In this document: positions 9,832 to 19,376 of the stretch, one piece after another
Layout: each line of letters starts with the position of its first letter
How positions within the stretch are numbered: the stretch's first letter is position 1
From: a virus
Strand: one strand, 5' to 3'
Length of the DNA stretch: 64,000 bases
Virus record (IMG/VR): IMGVR_UViG_3300037484_000374
Coordinates: 1-64,000 of that record
Position numbers and translations under genes: made by a program
The notes under the pieces: model-generated
Databases searched by the model: none
What the model saw: the letters and a program-made list of their open reading frames with translations, nothing else
What the model was told of the DNA's origin: nothing

Positions 9832-10264
9832 TAATTACACTCCTTGTGTACATTTCTCTGAGTTTTGCCCTTTCGGTATTATATTCCAACCAAAAGGTGA
9901 CTTTTTTAATGAGTTCTTGTGGGTTTTCTATAACCCTGTTCCCGACATGATCATCACACCCATGCTTTAAAGCATTTAGAGGTGATATAATGGATTCCTG
10001 ATAATCAACTATATTTATAACAATTACATCATCGTTAATATTTTTGATCATCTCTGTCATTTTAAAGCCGTTCATATCAGAAATTCCGGTATCCACAATA
10101 ATCATATCTGGAATGTGGCCATTATTAATGACTTCCATTGCTTCTTTACCGGAATGAGAGCATAGTAATCTATCGAGGCCAACCCTCTTTAGCTCATCGC
10201 ATATAACCTGTAGCTTTTCCCAATCTTCTTCAACAACTAAAATGACAGAATTTTTTAAGTCCAT
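9824..10264 (-). CDS. Single-domain response-regulator receiver (CheY-like, atypical)
   Basis: ILVVEED...SGKEAM...PDMIIVDTGISDMNGFKM...ALKHGCDDHV. Confidence 0.85.
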   Translation of the reverse strand: MDLKNSVILVVEEDWEKLQVICDELKRVGLDRLLCSHSGKEAMEVINNGHIPDMIIVDTGISDMNGFKMTEMIKNINDDVIVINIVDYQESIISPLNALKHGCDDHVGNRVIENPQELIKKVTFWLEYNTERAKLREMYTRSVINA

Positions 10265-10267
10265 TTC

Positions 10268-11383
10268 TTATTTCTTTCCCTTTTCAATGTGGTTAGCCCA
10301 TAAGAGACATCCACGGCTAACACTGGTCAGCTTGTCCTTTGCCGGTATAATTGAAGAATACTCGAAAGGTATCTTTGCCGCTTTCCACTCATTTTCAAAT
10401 AACTCCAAGAACCCTTTTGGCATTGAAGTTCCACCTGATATAACGATGGGGATTGACTCTATTACATTAACATTACTTGTTTCCGTAAAGGCTCTTACAA
10501 CTTCCTTTATCGCATTTTTAATAACAAATCTATATGTGAACATAAGCGCACGTTCTTCTGGTGTCACTTTGTATTCATCTTTTGAAAGGTCAAGTTTGTT
10601 TTCTTTCAGGTGATTCAACATGCTCTCATTGACTCCACAAGCCTGTGAGGATTCTCTGTCGATATAGTCACCTGATTTATCAATGGAAAATTCAAACATT
10701 AACATTGATTTATATACAAAGGCAACGTTCACAAGACCGGCTCCAAATGAGAAACCAAGTCCAGTTACATTGTCAGCCTTTTCAAGTTCGCTGATGATTA
10801 CAGCATATGCTTCATTTAAGGGTACTGGTTCGAGTCCTAACGACTTTGCAAGAGACTGTATACTCATAGAGTGGTATTCGATATTAAACCCTACATCACC
10901 AATCTTAGGTCCAGGAACACTGAATACTAATGTCTCACCTTCTTTCTTCTTATAAGAACCCAAACAATACCTGAACATTTCTTTCAGGATCGGGGCGGCG
11001 TTTCTTTCTTTCGGGTTAATAACACCAACTGACAAAGGTCGCCTTGCCACCGTGTTCTGGATACAGGCAAGCGTTATAGCATCTTCACCTACAATGTGGA
11101 CATTATCACCAATTTCAACATATTTCATTTGGTTTTTATTAAAAACCTGTTTCTGAAATGTCTCTGTTGGGATGGTATAAAATGCATCTCTTAGGGATTT
11201 TGTTTCAACTTTGTTGTTTTTATCAAACCCTGCCGAGCAAATAAATCCTGTACCTACATCCAGACCAATCCCATATTCTTTTTCTACATCAACTTTCTTA
11301 ACAATTTTCTTACCAGCCATAACATTCTCCTCTTCTGTTTTTATTGTTTTGTTCATGAATAAAACGTCATCTATATCATTCAT
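10268..11383 (-). CDS. Actin-fold ATPase, volactin/Mad28-like (probable start MAGKK at 11320)
   Basis: Phosphate-1 GLDVGT, RRPL..GVI, FSVPG, LNEAYAV, phosphate-2 GFSFGAG, adenosine ISGGTS, C-terminal VSRGCL. Confidence 0.85.
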   Translation of the reverse strand: MNDIDDVLFMNKTIKTEEENVMAGKKIVKKVDVEKEYGIGLDVGTGFICSAGFDKNNKVETKSLRDAFYTIPTETFQKQVFNKNQMKYVEIGDNVHIVGEDAITLACIQNTVARRPLSVGVINPKERNAAPILKEMFRYCLGSYKKKEGETLVFSVPGPKIGDVGFNIEYHSMSIQSLAKSLGLEPVPLNEAYAVIISELEKADNVTGLGFSFGAGLVNVAFVYKSMLMFEFSIDKSGDYIDRESSQACGVNESMLNHLKENKLDLSKDEYKVTPEERALMFTYRFVIKNAIKEVVRAFTETSNVNVIESIPIVISGGTSMPKGFLELFENEWKAAKIPFEYSSIIPAKDKLTSVSRGCLLWANHIEKGKK

Positions 11384-11432
11384 TATTTACACCTTAATTC
11401 ATTTCTTTTACAACCTTTCTGTTTATGGATTT

Positions 11433-11744
11433 TCATATATTACTCTTCACATTTGTGTCAGCAAGTTCGAAAAATGGTATTCTCTCCTCTGCCTCCCTTT
11501 TAACAATCTCTTTTTTTACTTCCTCTTTTTTTACATCACAGTTCGTATTTTCTATATATCGCTCAATTATAGTTTCTTTGACAGGAACCTGTATGATTTT
11601 CTCTACCTGAACCTTGACAATTTTATCCTTGATCACTATTTTTTCAATTTCAACTGTCGGACAAAGGGATTCTTTTAGGAGATTAGTGAATAAGAACTTC
11701 AATCTCTGCCAGAATGACATATTTGTTTCTACATATTTGTCCAT
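11433..11744 (-). CDS. Hypothetical protein, V/E/K-rich
   Basis: ORF with RBS, upstream of the actin gene. Confidence 0.65.
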   Translation of the reverse strand: MDKYVETNMSFWQRLKFLFTNLLKESLCPTVEIEKIVIKDKIVKVQVEKIIQVPVKETIIERYIENTNCDVKKEEVKKEIVKREAEERIPFFELADTNVKSNI

Positions 11745-11769
11745 TAATTAATATACTCCTATAGAGTAT

Positions 11770-12294
11770 TTATTTAAAAAATCTCCCCCAAAGGCCAGTT
11801 TTCTTATTATTTTTTTCGGCATTACCCGTTGCACGTCTAAATTTTTGTTTAAGATCGGTTCTCAGCTTCTTGCTAAAGTCTTTATTCCATGTAGAGACAA
11901 TAACATCTTCCATGTTCTCAAAGGAAACCTCTCTTGCGTTTTGGATATAATAAACCGGTTTCAGCATATATCTTCTAACAGCACCTTCGAGATATGGGAA
12001 TTGTTGCTGTACCCTCTCCCATGTGAAGTTCATATTCCCTTTACTTTTCTCATATTCCTTTAACCATATATTAGCAAATGCTCTACGGATAGTTCGAGGA
12101 ATATATGTGAAATTTATGCCAGTGTTGTACCTGTGCTGATGCCCTGTGTTTGGGTGAATACCAAGAACAGAATAAAAATGCATATAAGTGGGTTCTGGAT
12201 CGTGAATCCAACTCGTATATTTGAATTGATACAGATGACCACTTTGCCAAGTTATCCCATGACTTCTATGTTTACCTTTAAGCTGTAATGCCAT
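11770..12294 (-). CDS. gp2: DNA end protector protein (T4 gp2-like)
   Basis: GHLYQFKY...GINFTYIP...R...AVRRYM; adjacent to gp4 as in T4. Confidence 0.7.
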   Translation of the reverse strand: MALQLKGKHRSHGITWQSGHLYQFKYTSWIHDPEPTYMHFYSVLGIHPNTGHQHRYNTGINFTYIPRTIRRAFANIWLKEYEKSKGNMNFTWERVQQQFPYLEGAVRRYMLKPVYYIQNAREVSFENMEDVIVSTWNKDFSKKLRTDLKQKFRRATGNAEKNNKKTGLWGRFFK

Positions 12295-12356
12295 ATTTTA
12301 TCTCTTATAACTTCTCAACTTCATTCAAATATTTTCTATGTCCTTTACAATACCAC

Positions 12357-12833
12357 TCATGCTATTAGCTCCTTTTCTGTTACTTTTTTAAATATATATC
12401 CCATTTTGTTACAATATCTTTCAGCCGCTATCCATTTTGCCTTGTTGACAGCCCATGATTTTTGTTCATACAACCTTGTCTTTGCTGATTTATTTCCACC
12501 ATTTCTCGGTGGTTTTGTTTCTTTTGAAGGTTTAACTTCTATCAAATATTTTCTGGTAATACCTGCCTTTTCTATGATAACTAAAAAATCAGGGTAGTAG
12601 TGTGCTGTCTTTGGCAACCCATTTCTTTGTTTTTTATATGGGTGTTTATAAGGTATTGCTATACACTCACTGCTCCACTTTACAATAGCTTGATTATTAT
12701 CACACCACTGACAGAATATTGTTTCCCAGCTTGATCGGCAAATAATCTTATCCCTACCCCCATACTTTTGGGGAAATTTTGGGATGAATATACTATGTCT
12801 TTTTGGATCAAAATGTTGTTTGATATAGCTCAT
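12357..12833 (-). CDS. gp4: Head completion nuclease (T4 gp4-like)
   Basis: RSSWE...WSSE..IPY...YYPDF...IEVKP...VNKAKW.AA. Confidence 0.9.
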   Translation of the reverse strand: MSYIKQHFDPKRHSIFIPKFPQKYGGRDKIICRSSWETIFCQWCDNNQAIVKWSSECIAIPYKHPYKKQRNGLPKTAHYYPDFLVIIEKAGITRKYLIEVKPSKETKPPRNGGNKSAKTRLYEQKSWAVNKAKWIAAERYCNKMGYIFKKVTEKELIA

Positions 12834-12836
12834 ATA

Positions 12837-13049
12837 TTATTTCGGGTCTAGATTCATAACCTCTGGATGCTTGTAAACATCATCAGATTTAAGACCTAAT
12901 TTTTTAATTTCCTTATCAATAGCTGTTTTACCAGCTTTGGCTCCCGCTACATTACCAAGTTTTCTCATCATAATATAATCCTTTACCCATTGTAAAAGAC
13001 CTGATGGTACATTCTTGGCTTCTGATAGTAAATATTTTTCAAATCTCAT
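12837..13049 (-). CDS. Small protein with CTS-like leader
   Basis: Starts MRFEKYLLSE. Confidence 0.7.
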   Translation of the reverse strand: MRFEKYLLSEAKNVPSGLLQWVKDYIMMRKLGNVAGAKAGKTAIDKEIKKLGLKSDDVYKHPEVMNLDPK

Positions 13050-13279
13050 TATTTCTCCTTTACCACCACCGACATGATATCATTGACCCCCTTCATTATT
13101 AATCTCAATGCATTTTCCAAGTCTTTTGAAGTCTTGTGATTTTCTCCAAGTACCCTCATTGACACTTTTAAAAGTTCGTTTAAATCCTTTACAATAGATT
13201 TATAATAGAAACGAGCCTTAACATCATCACCTTTCTCTTCATTAACTTGGTTGTCAATCATCTTTTTGAGTCGGCTCAT
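13049..13279 (-). CDS. Small hypothetical protein (probable start MSRL)
   Basis: TGATG overlap with upstream gene. Confidence 0.6.
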   Translation of the reverse strand: MSRLKKMIDNQVNEEKGDDVKARFYYKSIVKDLNELLKVSMRVLGENHKTSKDLENALRLIMKGVNDIMSVVVKEK

Positions 13280-13461
13280 CAGTCGGCTTCCTTTTTCCCC
13301 TTCCATTCTTTATCTACTTCGTTGAAAAATTCTTTCTTTTTAGCATCGTCAAGTTCTGAAATACCGGAAACACCGAATTTTTTCAATTTTACATTGAAGA
13401 ATTCTTTGTATGATTGTTCGCTCAAAAGGTACATGTCAATTTTTTTAATAATGTCGGTCAT
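13279..13461 (-). CDS. Small head-core-like protein with CTS-like leader
   Basis: MYLLSE then YKEFF...KKFGV...KKKEFFNEVDKEW; late promoter at 13490-13497. Confidence 0.65.
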   Translation of the reverse strand: MTDIIKKIDMYLLSEQSYKEFFNVKLKKFGVSGISELDDAKKKEFFNEVDKEWKGKKEAD

Positions 13462-13629
13462 TTGTTTTTTCTCCTTGTTGTTTGTTTAGTATTTATAAAA
13501 TACCACCCTCTTTTAATTTTAATATTTCCTCATCGGATAATATTTCCTCTTGTTCATTGTCCGATTCTTTTTTTTCGGAAACCCTATCTAAAGACTCTAA
13601 CAAAAAATCTATTCTATCTATTAAATCTC

Positions 13630-13815
13630 TCATTTCAGTAACATCGAAATCTGTATAACGGCTTTCTTTATAGCCTCTACAGCCTTTTTATTGTCGATCT
13701 CCCAAAGATTCTCTGCTGTTCCTATATAACCATTAACTAGCCTGAACAACACTTTAGGTTCTTTCACCTCTTTCAAAACATCAATTTCTTCTAGTATCCT
13801 TGTTAAGTTTGGCAT
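13630..13815 (-). CDS. Small hypothetical protein
   Basis: ORF with RBS downstream of the divergent late promoter. Confidence 0.6.
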   Translation of the reverse strand: MPNLTRILEEIDVLKEVKEPKVLFRLVNGYIGTAENLWEIDNKKAVEAIKKAVIQISMLLK

Positions 13816-13874
13816 TACAGACCCTCTTTTGATTTATTTTTAGTATTAATTTGATTTAACAACAATCTGTCAAT

Positions 13875-13892
13875 ATTATTTATATAAATAAT
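13875..13892. promoter_or_regulatory. Overlapping divergent T4-type late promoters (18-bp palindrome ATTATTTATATAAATAAT)
   Basis: TATAAATA on both strands at the strand switch. Confidence 0.75.
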
Positions 13893-13956
13893 TATAGAAT
13901 CACGATAAAAAAATTAATTTAATAAATAATAATGTACATACTAAATAGAGGGATTT

Positions 13957-14583
13957 ATGAGACTGTTAAATTATATATCAGAATCAAAAGCAATTGTTGT
14001 AGCAACCGATTTTACGGATATGATTGAGATTCTAAAGAAGGATTGTAAATCATATCTTAAAATGCTTGGTGGTAGTATGCCTTTTATGAAAGGTATAAGA
14101 GAATTACAAGGACATGGCCTTGTAAAGAAAAAAACCAATGAAGTCCGTAAAACCAAAGGCATGTTTCCATCAACCGCCAAACGTTTAAACGTTTGGCTTA
14201 AAAAGAATAATCATACAACAAGGGATGGGTCTGTAATTGTATCAAGTGATAGGGAGCGTTTAAATTACTTTGGGACAGCCTATTATGTTTTTCCTATTGG
14301 AAAAGTAGATTATACGTGGGTAGAGTCAAGAGATATTAATCTTTATGATGGTAGGACAGGTTGGGGTGAAATGGGTGTTGAAATTTTCTTTAAAAATCCA
14401 GATACATTTGACGATGATTATAAAACTAGATTGAGAAAACCTTTTGGTAAATACTTCCACACAAATAGTGGTTGGAAGAAAGCACAGAATTTTGGATATG
14501 AGACATGGTTTAAATGTGAAGAATTTTATCTGTTAAGAAGTGATTATATTTTGTTTCCAGAGCTAATAAACGAATTAAGATAA
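13957..14583 (+). CDS. CTS-leader protein, paralog of 29159-29935 (possible ART-like fold)
   Basis: MRLLNYISE leader; KKDCK..L, SVIVSS, YYVFP and ETW shared with the paralog. Confidence 0.7.
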   Translation: MRLLNYISESKAIVVATDFTDMIEILKKDCKSYLKMLGGSMPFMKGIRELQGHGLVKKKTNEVRKTKGMFPSTAKRLNVWLKKNNHTTRDGSVIVSSDRERLNYFGTAYYVFPIGKVDYTWVESRDINLYDGRTGWGEMGVEIFFKNPDTFDDDYKTRLRKPFGKYFHTNSGWKKAQNFGYETWFKCEEFYLLRSDYILFPELINELR

Positions 14584-14592
14584 GGAAGGGAT

Positions 14593-15363
14593 ATGTCGAG
14601 ATTTAGAGATTATATAGATGAAACAACCGTCACTGGTGATGTTGCAACCAATACAACCGCTACCAGCGGGGAAGATAATCTTATAAAGAAAAGAAATAAG
14701 AAGACTATGAAAAAACACCTCGGAGAAGCTACAATTCTTGGTGGTGGTGGTCAGGCTGGTGATGACGATACCCCTCCTGGGAACATCGTAATGGGTTTAA
14801 AATTTAAAAAAGAGAAAGTCAAGAATAGTTTAACCGGTGAGTATACAAGACAGGTTATTGATAATGACCCATTCTATTGGGATGAATTCGATAACTCTGC
14901 TGGTATGGAAGACCCTAATCGATATTCAGACACATTGAGAAAGAAATGGCGTAGAACCCCAAAAAAATATGACCTTGATGATACCGTTCCTAATTACGTT
15001 GAACGTTTCCATAAGCACATTAAAAAGCGTGATATTCCAGATGCCACTATTGCTCATAAAACAAGCCAAGACAAGGTGAGTTATTGGGGTACAATAGCCT
15101 TTACCGGAAACCCAAGACCATTTTTGAAGTATGTTGATGGTAAACAATCATTGAAAGAAGACAGACAAATCCATATAAACATATCTGATGACAGGGCTGG
15201 TGATCTCCTAAAGAAGATTCAGAGCATATATAATGATAGGGGTATCCAAGTAACACATAACTTCGTAAATGGCTTCATGACGCTTCCTGACCACCTCTAC
15301 GATGAAGTATTGGATCGACTATCAAATAGTAGCTGGATTGAAGTGGTTAAAGATGAGACTTAA
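14593..15363 (+). CDS. CTS-leader multi-module protein
   Basis: MSRFRDYIDE leader; internal LGE and LKE sites. Confidence 0.7.
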   Translation: MSRFRDYIDETTVTGDVATNTTATSGEDNLIKKRNKKTMKKHLGEATILGGGGQAGDDDTPPGNIVMGLKFKKEKVKNSLTGEYTRQVIDNDPFYWDEFDNSAGMEDPNRYSDTLRKKWRRTPKKYDLDDTVPNYVERFHKHIKKRDIPDATIAHKTSQDKVSYWGTIAFTGNPRPFLKYVDGKQSLKEDRQIHINISDDRAGDLLKKIQSIYNDRGIQVTHNFVNGFMTLPDHLYDEVLDRLSNSSWIEVVKDET

Positions 15364-15647
15364 ACAATACTTGACAGAAAAAGAGAAAAAATCATATAAT
15401 AGTAGTTGATATACAACCAATTTATCAACGTGCTACACATTTTGATATTAGAGAATTTATAGAGTTTCTAAAATTACAGGTCTTGTAAATGTTCATGCCG
15501 GTGAAGTGATTGGGTTTATGACCCTGAGAAGATAGGTAAACCTTTCAGTGAGCAACCGGGTTCATATAAGTGCCATGGGTGGGGCACCGAAGTTTGAATT
15601 CTCAAAAATGTAAATGGACTGTATTTTAAATTGAAGGGGGTTATGAA
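15353..15647 (+). pseudogene. Chimeric remnant: CTS leader, frameshifted IVVDIQP fragment, 39-bp patch from the tape-measure gene, then another gene's C-terminus
   Basis: MRLKQYLTE... stops at 15409; the alternative frame reads HIIVVDIQPIYQ; 15475-15513 equals 62003-62041. Confidence 0.65.
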
Positions 15648-16043
15648 ATGGAACTAGAAGAAAGAATTAGCAGATATTTAATGGAAGCAACCGGTGAGAA
15701 GGAAGCCGTGGCTAAAATAATGGAATTTTTCAAAGAAAATCCTTCACCACCAGATGCCGATATTCATGAATTGTCAGACAAACTTGGTATAAATACTCAT
15801 GTATTTGAGGGTATCATCTATGCTATATTGGGTTCTTTTCTTGGTGCTGGTCGGGCAAAAGAAAAGGGATTTGAAGAGAAAGATGCCGACCCGAAAGAAT
15901 TGAAAATCGGGATGAAGGTTGAAATGGAACATACAACTGACCCTGTACTGGCAAAAAGAATCTCGCTCGACCATTTAGCTGAGATTAAAGATTATTATTC
16001 ACGTTTAATAAAAATGGAAAAAGAAGCTGGAGTAGAAGATTAA
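15648..16043 (+). CDS. CTS-leader protein with DUF5661-like domain
   Basis: RYLME leader; ELKIGMKVEMEHT...A..I.LDHL.E..DYY.RL..ME. Confidence 0.75.
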   Translation: MELEERISRYLMEATGEKEAVAKIMEFFKENPSPPDADIHELSDKLGINTHVFEGIIYAILGSFLGAGRAKEKGFEEKDADPKELKIGMKVEMEHTTDPVLAKRISLDHLAEIKDYYSRLIKMEKEAGVED

Positions 16044-16044
16044 T

Positions 16045-16740
16045 ATGAATCTCAATGATAGATTAAATATTTATATAAATGAGGGTGTGATTGCTCATGA
16101 TAAATCCACCCTCTACGATCTCAAAGCAAATGGTTACAGAATTGCTGATGTGTATTACCATAACAGTGTTAATGGTATATTGTCTGCATTGGCTGTAAAA
16201 ACCATGCTTAAAGTATATGGGATAGGTGTTATATGGTCTTCCCCTATTTTAACCGGTACAGCACCGCCAATGATCCAGAAAGCTATAAACAAAATTCTAC
16301 TGGTTATTGTAGATATTAACGGGGATTTGATGGATATTAAGATAAGTTCTGACACTGATGAATATGATCTCCAAGTGGATATACGTGACTATTTCTCTCC
16401 GAGCGATCTTGACACCATAAGAAACACAACTGATGATGATATTATTAGATATGGGTTCAGGCCCATTGATGTTCTAAGGTCTGCTTTTGGTACTGAGGGT
16501 ATACTTGATATTGAAAAAAACTATATGGCTATGGGATTAACAATCACCAAGGTTTTAGAAGAACTAAGAGGCAATGATAAGTTTATAAACAGTGTGGTGA
16601 TGGAGTCTGGGTCAGGTTTGCTGTCTCTATACGCAAACGTTGTATCTATTGCAAAAAGATTCGGCTACACCCCTCCTGAGAGAGACATAGCCGAGATAAT
16701 GGAAACTATTTATATTCAAATAGATGAAAGATTTATTTAG
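16045..16740 (+). CDS. CTS-leader protein, degenerate DHH-like fold
   Basis: IYINE leader; YYHNSVNGILSA and LVIVD echo DHH motifs I and II without the catalytic residues. Confidence 0.55.
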   Translation: MNLNDRLNIYINEGVIAHDKSTLYDLKANGYRIADVYYHNSVNGILSALAVKTMLKVYGIGVIWSSPILTGTAPPMIQKAINKILLVIVDINGDLMDIKISSDTDEYDLQVDIRDYFSPSDLDTIRNTTDDDIIRYGFRPIDVLRSAFGTEGILDIEKNYMAMGLTITKVLEELRGNDKFINSVVMESGSGLLSLYANVVSIAKRFGYTPPERDIAEIMETIYIQIDERFI

Positions 16741-18158
16741 TTTCTGTTATGTATTATAAATTCTTTTACTTTATTTAAACAGTGTTCTTTATTAGCAATC
16801 CAAATTTCTTCATCAATTACCATTAAATCAATACCCTTTTCTTTACATTGTTGTTTTTTAATAGAGTCACGTTTCTTTACATTTTTTAAAGAGTGCCAAT
16901 AAACACCATTAAACTCAATTGCCTTATTCAACTCTGGAATCCATAAATCCAGTTCAAGATTACAACCTGTTTCTGGATTGACAATCTGAGTCCTATCATT
17001 TGAAATTACATCACCATCATATAGTTCTTTTGTATATTCAAAAATTTCAATTTCTACTTTGGAAGATGTTGATTCAGCCCAGCAAATAGGACATCGAATA
17101 CCCTGCTGAAAGTCACCAAATCGTACTTTATATTCATGTCCTTTGTTACATCTTATTCTTAATTTGGTATTCGTGTTTTTGTATGTGTTACTTAAAAGAT
17201 AATATCCTTCTTTTTCAATTTGTTCTTTTACATATTCATAAGTAAGTTTTTTATTAGGAGAGCACTCAGGACACCTACAACCTGTTTGAAAACTACTCCA
17301 TACTACTTTATATTCATGTCCTTTTGAACATCTCAACTTTAATTTAGTATTTGCATTGGTATATTCTTTACTTAGTAATTCATATCCTTCTTTTTCAATT
17401 TGTTCTTTTACGAATTCATAAGTAAGTTTTTTAGTTCCAAAGCAAATCAAACATCTATATCCTTGTTGAAAATCTCCCCATGTTACTTTATATTCATGCC
17501 CCTCTGGACACTTTACTTTTAATTTAGATTGTGAGTTTTTATATATTTTGCTTAATAATTTATACCCAAATGATTCAATATATCCTTTTACAAAATCATA
17601 TGTTAATTTTTTCTTTCCTGAACATTCAAGACACCTAATACCATATTTAAAACCGCCAAAATTTACCTTATATTCATGGCCCTCTGGACATCTTACTTTT
17701 AATTTGGAATTTGCACCTATATATCCGCTACTTAATAATTCATATCCAAATGAGTCAATATATTCTTTGACGAACCCATATGTATATTTCTTTAGCCCAG
17801 CACATTCAGCACATCTATGTCCGTTTTTAAAATCATTAAACGTCACATAGTATTCGTGTTTTTTACTACATTTTACTTTTAATTTATTTTTATTATTTTT
17901 ATATGTCTTACTTAAAAGTTTATACCCTTCTTTTTCAATTTTCTCCTTTACAAATTCATATGTTAGTTTCTTTTTACCGGCACACTCAGAACATCTATGT
18001 CCTTGTTGGAAATTATCATATGTTGGATAGTATTCATGACCCTCTGGACACCTTACTTTTAATTTTTTTCTGTTATTTTTATATTCTTCACTTAAAAGAG
18101 CACACCCAAATGATTCGATATGCTCTTTTATATATTCATATGTTACTTTTTTATACAT
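16737..18158 (-). CDS. Free-standing putative homing endonuclease: six 60-aa Cx3H...Cx2C repeats plus Vsr/PD-(D/E)xK-like domain
   Basis: Repeats visible; C-terminal ELDLWIPELNKAIEFNGVYWH. Confidence 0.85.
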   Translation of the reverse strand: MYKKVTYEYIKEHIESFGCALLSEEYKNNRKKLKVRCPEGHEYYPTYDNFQQGHRCSECAGKKKLTYEFVKEKIEKEGYKLLSKTYKNNKNKLKVKCSKKHEYYVTFNDFKNGHRCAECAGLKKYTYGFVKEYIDSFGYELLSSGYIGANSKLKVRCPEGHEYKVNFGGFKYGIRCLECSGKKKLTYDFVKGYIESFGYKLLSKIYKNSQSKLKVKCPEGHEYKVTWGDFQQGYRCLICFGTKKLTYEFVKEQIEKEGYELLSKEYTNANTKLKLRCSKGHEYKVVWSSFQTGCRCPECSPNKKLTYEYVKEQIEKEGYYLLSNTYKNTNTKLRIRCNKGHEYKVRFGDFQQGIRCPICWAESTSSKVEIEIFEYTKELYDGDVISNDRTQIVNPETGCNLELDLWIPELNKAIEFNGVYWHSLKNVKKRDSIKKQQCKEKGIDLMVIDEEIWIANKEHCLNKVKEFIIHNRN

Positions 18159-18164
18159 TATAAT

Positions 18165-18977
18165 CTATTTGGTTTCTGTAGTGGATTCAATCACTGTCTC
18201 TTCTGCTTCAACCTGATCTTCATCTGATGATATATCAACAATCAATTCCTCTGTAGGGTTCGATTCCTCTATTACCGTCAACTCACCTATGTATCTAAAA
18301 ATGTCATCTTTGTATGTTGGGTGTTTACCACCAACATAATGCTTTAAGAGTTTTTTCCAATCTCCCTTATATTGTTTATGCAGGGTCTTCAAGATGTAAT
18401 CACCGGCAAGGATACTCTTCTGCCAATCATATAAGTCACGTTCTTCTGTAATACCTTTATTGGCCGCTATCAACTCTTTTGACCATGATTTCCACATTAC
18501 CTGCGTCAAACCTTTAGCATTTACTGGTGAAGTGGCGAACTGATCAAATGCTGATTCTCTTGCCATGAGAGCTATAAGTGTTTTTGGGTATTCTGCGTGT
18601 TTATAAGTGAAGTCAACCATCTCCTTACATAGCTTTAAAGGGTTTTTGGATGCTTTCTTATAAACCCAATCAACAAGTTTTGGGTTATATTTTGATGTCG
18701 TGCGCCACTCTAGCTCTTGTTGGAGCAATGTGATCTGAGTGACATACTTTGCTTCCATTTCTTGATATTTGGTATCGTTTCTCGCATCAATAACCATGCC
18801 GATCATATAAACTGCAACTGTAAAGGTTGTCATAACCATGACAATGGAGTATACCTTTTTTAGATTGATACCCCTTAAAAATATCCTTGTTTTGGTAACC
18901 GCACCGGAAAGGTATGGCTTTTTCGTTTCTGTAACTTGATTACTAATTTGACTACTAACAGGTTTGTTCTTTGACAT
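18165..18977 (-). CDS. Membrane-anchored lytic transglycosylase (SLT domain)
   Basis: ARESAFDQFATSPVNAKGLTQVM; N-terminal TM helix. Confidence 0.85.
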   Translation of the reverse strand: MSKNKPVSSQISNQVTETKKPYLSGAVTKTRIFLRGINLKKVYSIVMVMTTFTVAVYMIGMVIDARNDTKYQEMEAKYVTQITLLQQELEWRTTSKYNPKLVDWVYKKASKNPLKLCKEMVDFTYKHAEYPKTLIALMARESAFDQFATSPVNAKGLTQVMWKSWSKELIAANKGITEERDLYDWQKSILAGDYILKTLHKQYKGDWKKLLKHYVGGKHPTYKDDIFRYIGELTVIEESNPTEELIVDISSDEDQVEAEETVIESTTETK

Positions 18978-18994
18978 TTTGTACCTCTTACTAT

Positions 18995-19291
18995 TTAATA
19001 TTCATCTTCGTTTCCAGCGGCATATACTATTAATGGTGTAATCGCTCTGTAATCTCCATACTCAGCGTCATCCTTAAAGTATAAGTTCAATGGAACCTCG
19101 AAATCTCCGTTTTCTTGCTCAACACATTCGGATTTCAAAAAATACATCAAAACCTCTCCGAAATAAACAAGAATCATTTTTCTATTCTGCTCTAAAACCT
19201 TATCCTTTTTAACTAGGGTATAGTTCAGAAGAGAATTAGCAATCTGAGGGACAGGATTAATAAAATCGTCTATGGTACATAGTGTTCCCAT
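18995..19291 (-). CDS. Hypothetical protein
   Basis: ORF with RBS; TTGACA-N16-TATAAT upstream at 19353-19380. Confidence 0.6.
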   Translation of the reverse strand: MGTLCTIDDFINPVPQIANSLLNYTLVKKDKVLEQNRKMILVYFGEVLMYFLKSECVEQENGDFEVPLNLYFKDDAEYGDYRAITPLIVYAAGNEDEY

Positions 19292-19376
19292 GTTAAATAC
19301 CTCTCTTTATATATTTATCTAAAACGATTCCCGATCCCCCCTATATTTACTAATTATACCATCTTAAAATCTTTTG

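Noticed and set aside
12357-12833. TnsA-like transposase
   Set aside because: Motifs and adjacency to gp2 identify it as T4 gp4; no other transposon genes.
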